Shown here: positions 34,107 to 36,594 of the stretch, piece by piece
Layout of the letters: each line of letters starts with the position of its first letter
Numbering within the stretch: the first letter of the stretch is position 1
Assembly: GCA_946530475.1 (NCBI GenBank)
Contig: CAMNAC010000003.1
Location: forward strand, 1-36,594
Origin: an uncultured Mycoplasmatota bacterium
Lineage (GTDB): Bacteria; Bacillota_I; Bacilli_A; RF39; UBA660
Length of the DNA: 36,594 bases
Direction of reading: 5' to 3'
The notes under the pieces: generated by a model
What the model was told of the DNA's origin: nothing
Databases searched by the model: none
The model's input: the letters and a program-made list of their open reading frames with translations, nothing else
Translations under genes and position numbers: made by a program

Positions 34107-36594
34107 CTATTTTAAATTGATATCAAATTTTTCCAATAATTTGATTAAAACTGCTTTTCCTCTACGGATTACAAATGCGAAATTATCTGGTAAATCTAAT
34201 TTCATATCATTTGTTCGTTTGGCAATTTTAATACTGTATTGTTCTAATACACCATTTCCTATCCAAATTCCATCATTTGAATTGACAGTATTTTTATACC
34301 ATTTATCTAGTTCAAAACGGTGAATACTATTGGAATTATCAAATATAATAACATCTAATACTTTTAAACTCTTTGCTTGTTCTAACATGGTTTCAAATTT
34401 AGTTCTTGCAGTTGCGGAAATTCTAGCAAAAAGATTAGTAGTACCAATTATTACAAGTGTATAATGTTTTAAATTAGTATCCAATCGATAATTGTTTTGT
34501 ACATACTTCTTATATAGTTGATCAACAATCTGAGAAAGATATTCAATACCATCTTCATATTTTGAATCATAATAGTGTAAGTATTTTTGGTATCTGCTAT
34601 CGAATTCATAATCCTCTGTATTAAAAACTACTATTTGTTCTTTCAAGCATAAAAGTTCATTTATCATTGGTTGAATTAGTAAATAAGTTTGTACTATATC
34701 CTGTGCAAGTACAAGATTTACTAGATTTTTCTTATAATCATATTCAGAGACCGTAAGAGTATCTTTTCTGATTCCAACAATTAGATTTCCATCTTTTCCA
34801 AAGCTTGATGCAATGTCACGGTAACTTACAACCTCTGGTAAAGTCGGAATGGATAATGCTTTATTAGGATGAGCTTGATTATAAATGCTTGTTTCTTTCG
34901 AAATAAATTCTTGAAGTTTATCTTCAGGACAAATTCTAGCAATTTGGAATTCATATACTTGATCCCACTTTACAATTCCTCTACCGTTATTTTTAGATGG
35001 GTATTGTTTGTTAACATTTCCTAGAATATTAGAATAATCATCATCGTTGTTTTGTTGTAAAACAAAATATTGGTTAAAGTTTTGTTTTAATTTGAAGCGA
35101 ACTCCATTTGGAGTAGATGCAGTCATAATGAAGTATATTCCATATTTGTAAGCATCTCTTGTAAAATCAATTAAATTTTCTTCATATTCTTCAAACAATT
35201 CATGGAAATTTTCAAATTCATTTAAAACTACAATCATAGCTGGAAGTTTTTTTCCAGAAATCTTTAAATAAGAAATATAATCTCCATTATATTGTGCAAA
35301 CAGTTTTTTTCTTTCTTCAATGACTGTATTCAACAATTTGAAAAGATTTTCTACCTTCTCTATATTATCCGTAGAGATTGCATCTCCTACAATTGAAACT
35401 TGTGAATATGCTTTTAAAGTACCTGCTCCACAGTCTAATATATAAAAGTTTACTTCTTCTGGTGTATATAATAACATAGAAGAATAAATACAAGAATGGA
35501 TTGCATTTTCTTTTCCACTTCCTGCTACTCCATATATTAAGGCATTTCCTTCTTCCGATAATGGAATCGTTAAAAGTTTTTGGGACTGTCTTGAAGGATC
35601 ATCATATTCTCCAATTACAAGAGATAGATCGTTTTCCTTTTTCTGATAATGATATTTTTCAATTAATTCATTTACATAAATGTCATTTGGAATACGGTCT
35701 AACCATAGTTGAGTACGCTTAATATTTAGTTCTTTTGCTAGAGAATCCAAGTATTTTACAATATTTGTAATTTCTTCTCCATTAGAAGCAATGTTTACAT
35801 TCTTTTTCTTTGGACTATTTGATTTAATCACATAACCAATATGGTTAACAACATCAACATCACTATCAATGTTTTTAATAATGTGATCAGAAGGAATATA
35901 TTTTCCACCAGCCCAAGCAGCTTGTCCCAATACAAATATCTCATTATACCCTACTTGAAAATAAAATCGTCCAGTTTGTTTTAAATAAGCTGCATCTTGT
36001 CTTTTAATAACCTCACTACTGTCAGACTGTTCTTGAACCCTTAAGCAAACTCGAAAACGTGTATTACTCCATATTTGCGCATCTACTACACCACTTGGCT
36101 TTTGAGTTGCCAAAATCAAGTGTACACCTAAACTACGACCAATACGTGCTGTCTGTATTAATTGTGCCATAAACTCAGGTTGTTGTACTTTTAATTCTGC
36201 AAACTCATCGCTAATGATGAATAAATGAGAGATAGGTTCCTTTACAATTCCATCTCGATATAACTTTTGATATTTATAAACATCTATAGTACTATCCCCT
36301 GATATTTCTCTTGCACGATTAAATGCAGTCTGTCTTCTTTTTAATTCTGATTCAATAGAAGCAAGGGAACGATTGATTTCATTTGCATCCAAATTTGTGA
36401 TTGTACCAACTAAATGAGGTAATCGAAAGTTTTGATTATTAAATGCTCCTGCTAATCCTCCACCTTTATAATCAATTAAAATAAACTGTACTTCATAAGG
36501 ATGATAATTGATTGCCATGGATAAGATATAAGTAATGATAAATTCTGACTTTCCACTACCAGTCATACCTGCAATTAAACCATGAGGTCCATGA
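34107..36594 (-). CDS. essC: Type VII secretion FtsK/SpoIIIE ATPase EssC/YukB; 5' end lies outside the window
   Basis: Frame open to the window edge: HGPHGLIAGMTGSGKSEFIITYILS, IDYKGGG, SDEFAELK, ARIGRSLGVHLILATQKPSGVVD.QIWSN. Confidence 0.93.
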   Translation of the reverse strand, partial: HGPHGLIAGMTGSGKSEFIITYILSMAINYHPYEVQFILIDYKGGGLAGAFNNQNFRLPHLVGTITNLDANEINRSLASIESELKRRQTAFNRAREISGDSTIDVYKYQKLYRDGIVKEPISHLFIISDEFAELKVQQPEFMAQLIQTARIGRSLGVHLILATQKPSGVVDAQIWSNTRFRVCLRVQEQSDSSEVIKRQDAAYLKQTGRFYFQVGYNEIFVLGQAAWAGGKYIPSDHIIKNIDSDVDVVNHIGYVIKSNSPKKKNVNIASNGEEITNIVKYLDSLAKELNIKRTQLWLDRIPNDIYVNELIEKYHYQKKENDLSLVIGEYDDPSRQSQKLLTIPLSEEGNALIYGVAGSGKENAIHSCIYSSMLLYTPEEVNFYILDCGAGTLKAYSQVSIVGDAISTDNIEKVENLFKLLNTVIEERKKLFAQYNGDYISYLKISGKKLPAMIVVLNEFENFHELFEEYEENLIDFTRDAYKYGIYFIMTASTPNGVRFKLKQNFNQYFVLQQNNDDDYSNILGNVNKQYPSKNNGRGIVKWDQVYEFQIARICPEDKLQEFISKETSIYNQAHPNKALSIPTLPEVVSYRDIASSFGKDGNLIVGIRKDTLTVSEYDYKKNLVNLVLAQDIVQTYLLIQPMINELLCLKEQIVVFNTEDYEFDSRYQKYLHYYDSKYEDGIEYLSQIVDQLYKKYVQNNYRLDTNLKHYTLVIIGTTNLFARISATARTKFETMLEQAKSLKVLDVIIFDNSNSIHRFELDKWYKNTVNSNDGIWIGNGVLEQYSIKIAKRTNDMKLDLPDNFAFVIRRGKAVLIKLLEKFDINLK

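Noticed and set aside
2208-35722. Short ORF-track entries overlapping long genes (e.g. 2208, 3092, 4566, 7163, 8777, 9467, 10619, 11265, 13188, 18212, 23328, 24945, 27439, 28550, 32434, 34117, 35501)
   Set aside because: Antisense or off-frame shadows of well-supported genes, with F/S/I-rich composition typical of reverse frames in AT-rich DNA.
1-36594. CRISPR array, IS elements, rRNA, long non-coding repeat arrays, UGA recoding
   Set aside because: Intergenic spaces are short and explained by promoters and terminators; no regularly spaced repeats or transposase motifs were seen; genes end at TGA and RF2 is present.

Overview
AT-rich chromosomal segment of a reduced-genome, walled, apparently spore-forming Bacillota (Bacilli). 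The gene content suggests an RF39/Erysipelotrichales-like lineage (inference). Genetic code 11 is supported by prfB with its CTT-TGA frameshift. Most genes are on the minus strand. Core genes: trpS, rny, recA (LexA box), pgsA, a RodZ/YmfM-like HTH protein, RNase P RNA, gpsB, tRNA-Cys, an LCP/PASTA protein, der, engB, recU-ponA, ftsEX, prfB, a DHH phosphoesterase and gpmA. Sporulation genes: a compacted yabG-veg-spoVG-yabP-yabQ-divIC block, spoVIF, yunB and an orphan histidine kinase with Spo0A boxes, plus several sigmaE/K- and sigmaG-type promoter motifs. Accessory content: three dispersed type IV pilin-like genes (one fused to what looks like a phage tail/receptor-binding module), a divergent second RpoD-like sigma factor, the 3' part of a type VII secretion EssC, several orphan proteins, two unannotated small ORFs and a gene remnant. 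No CRISPR array, rRNA, transposase or integrase was seen. All family calls come from motif recognition by eye; no searches were run.
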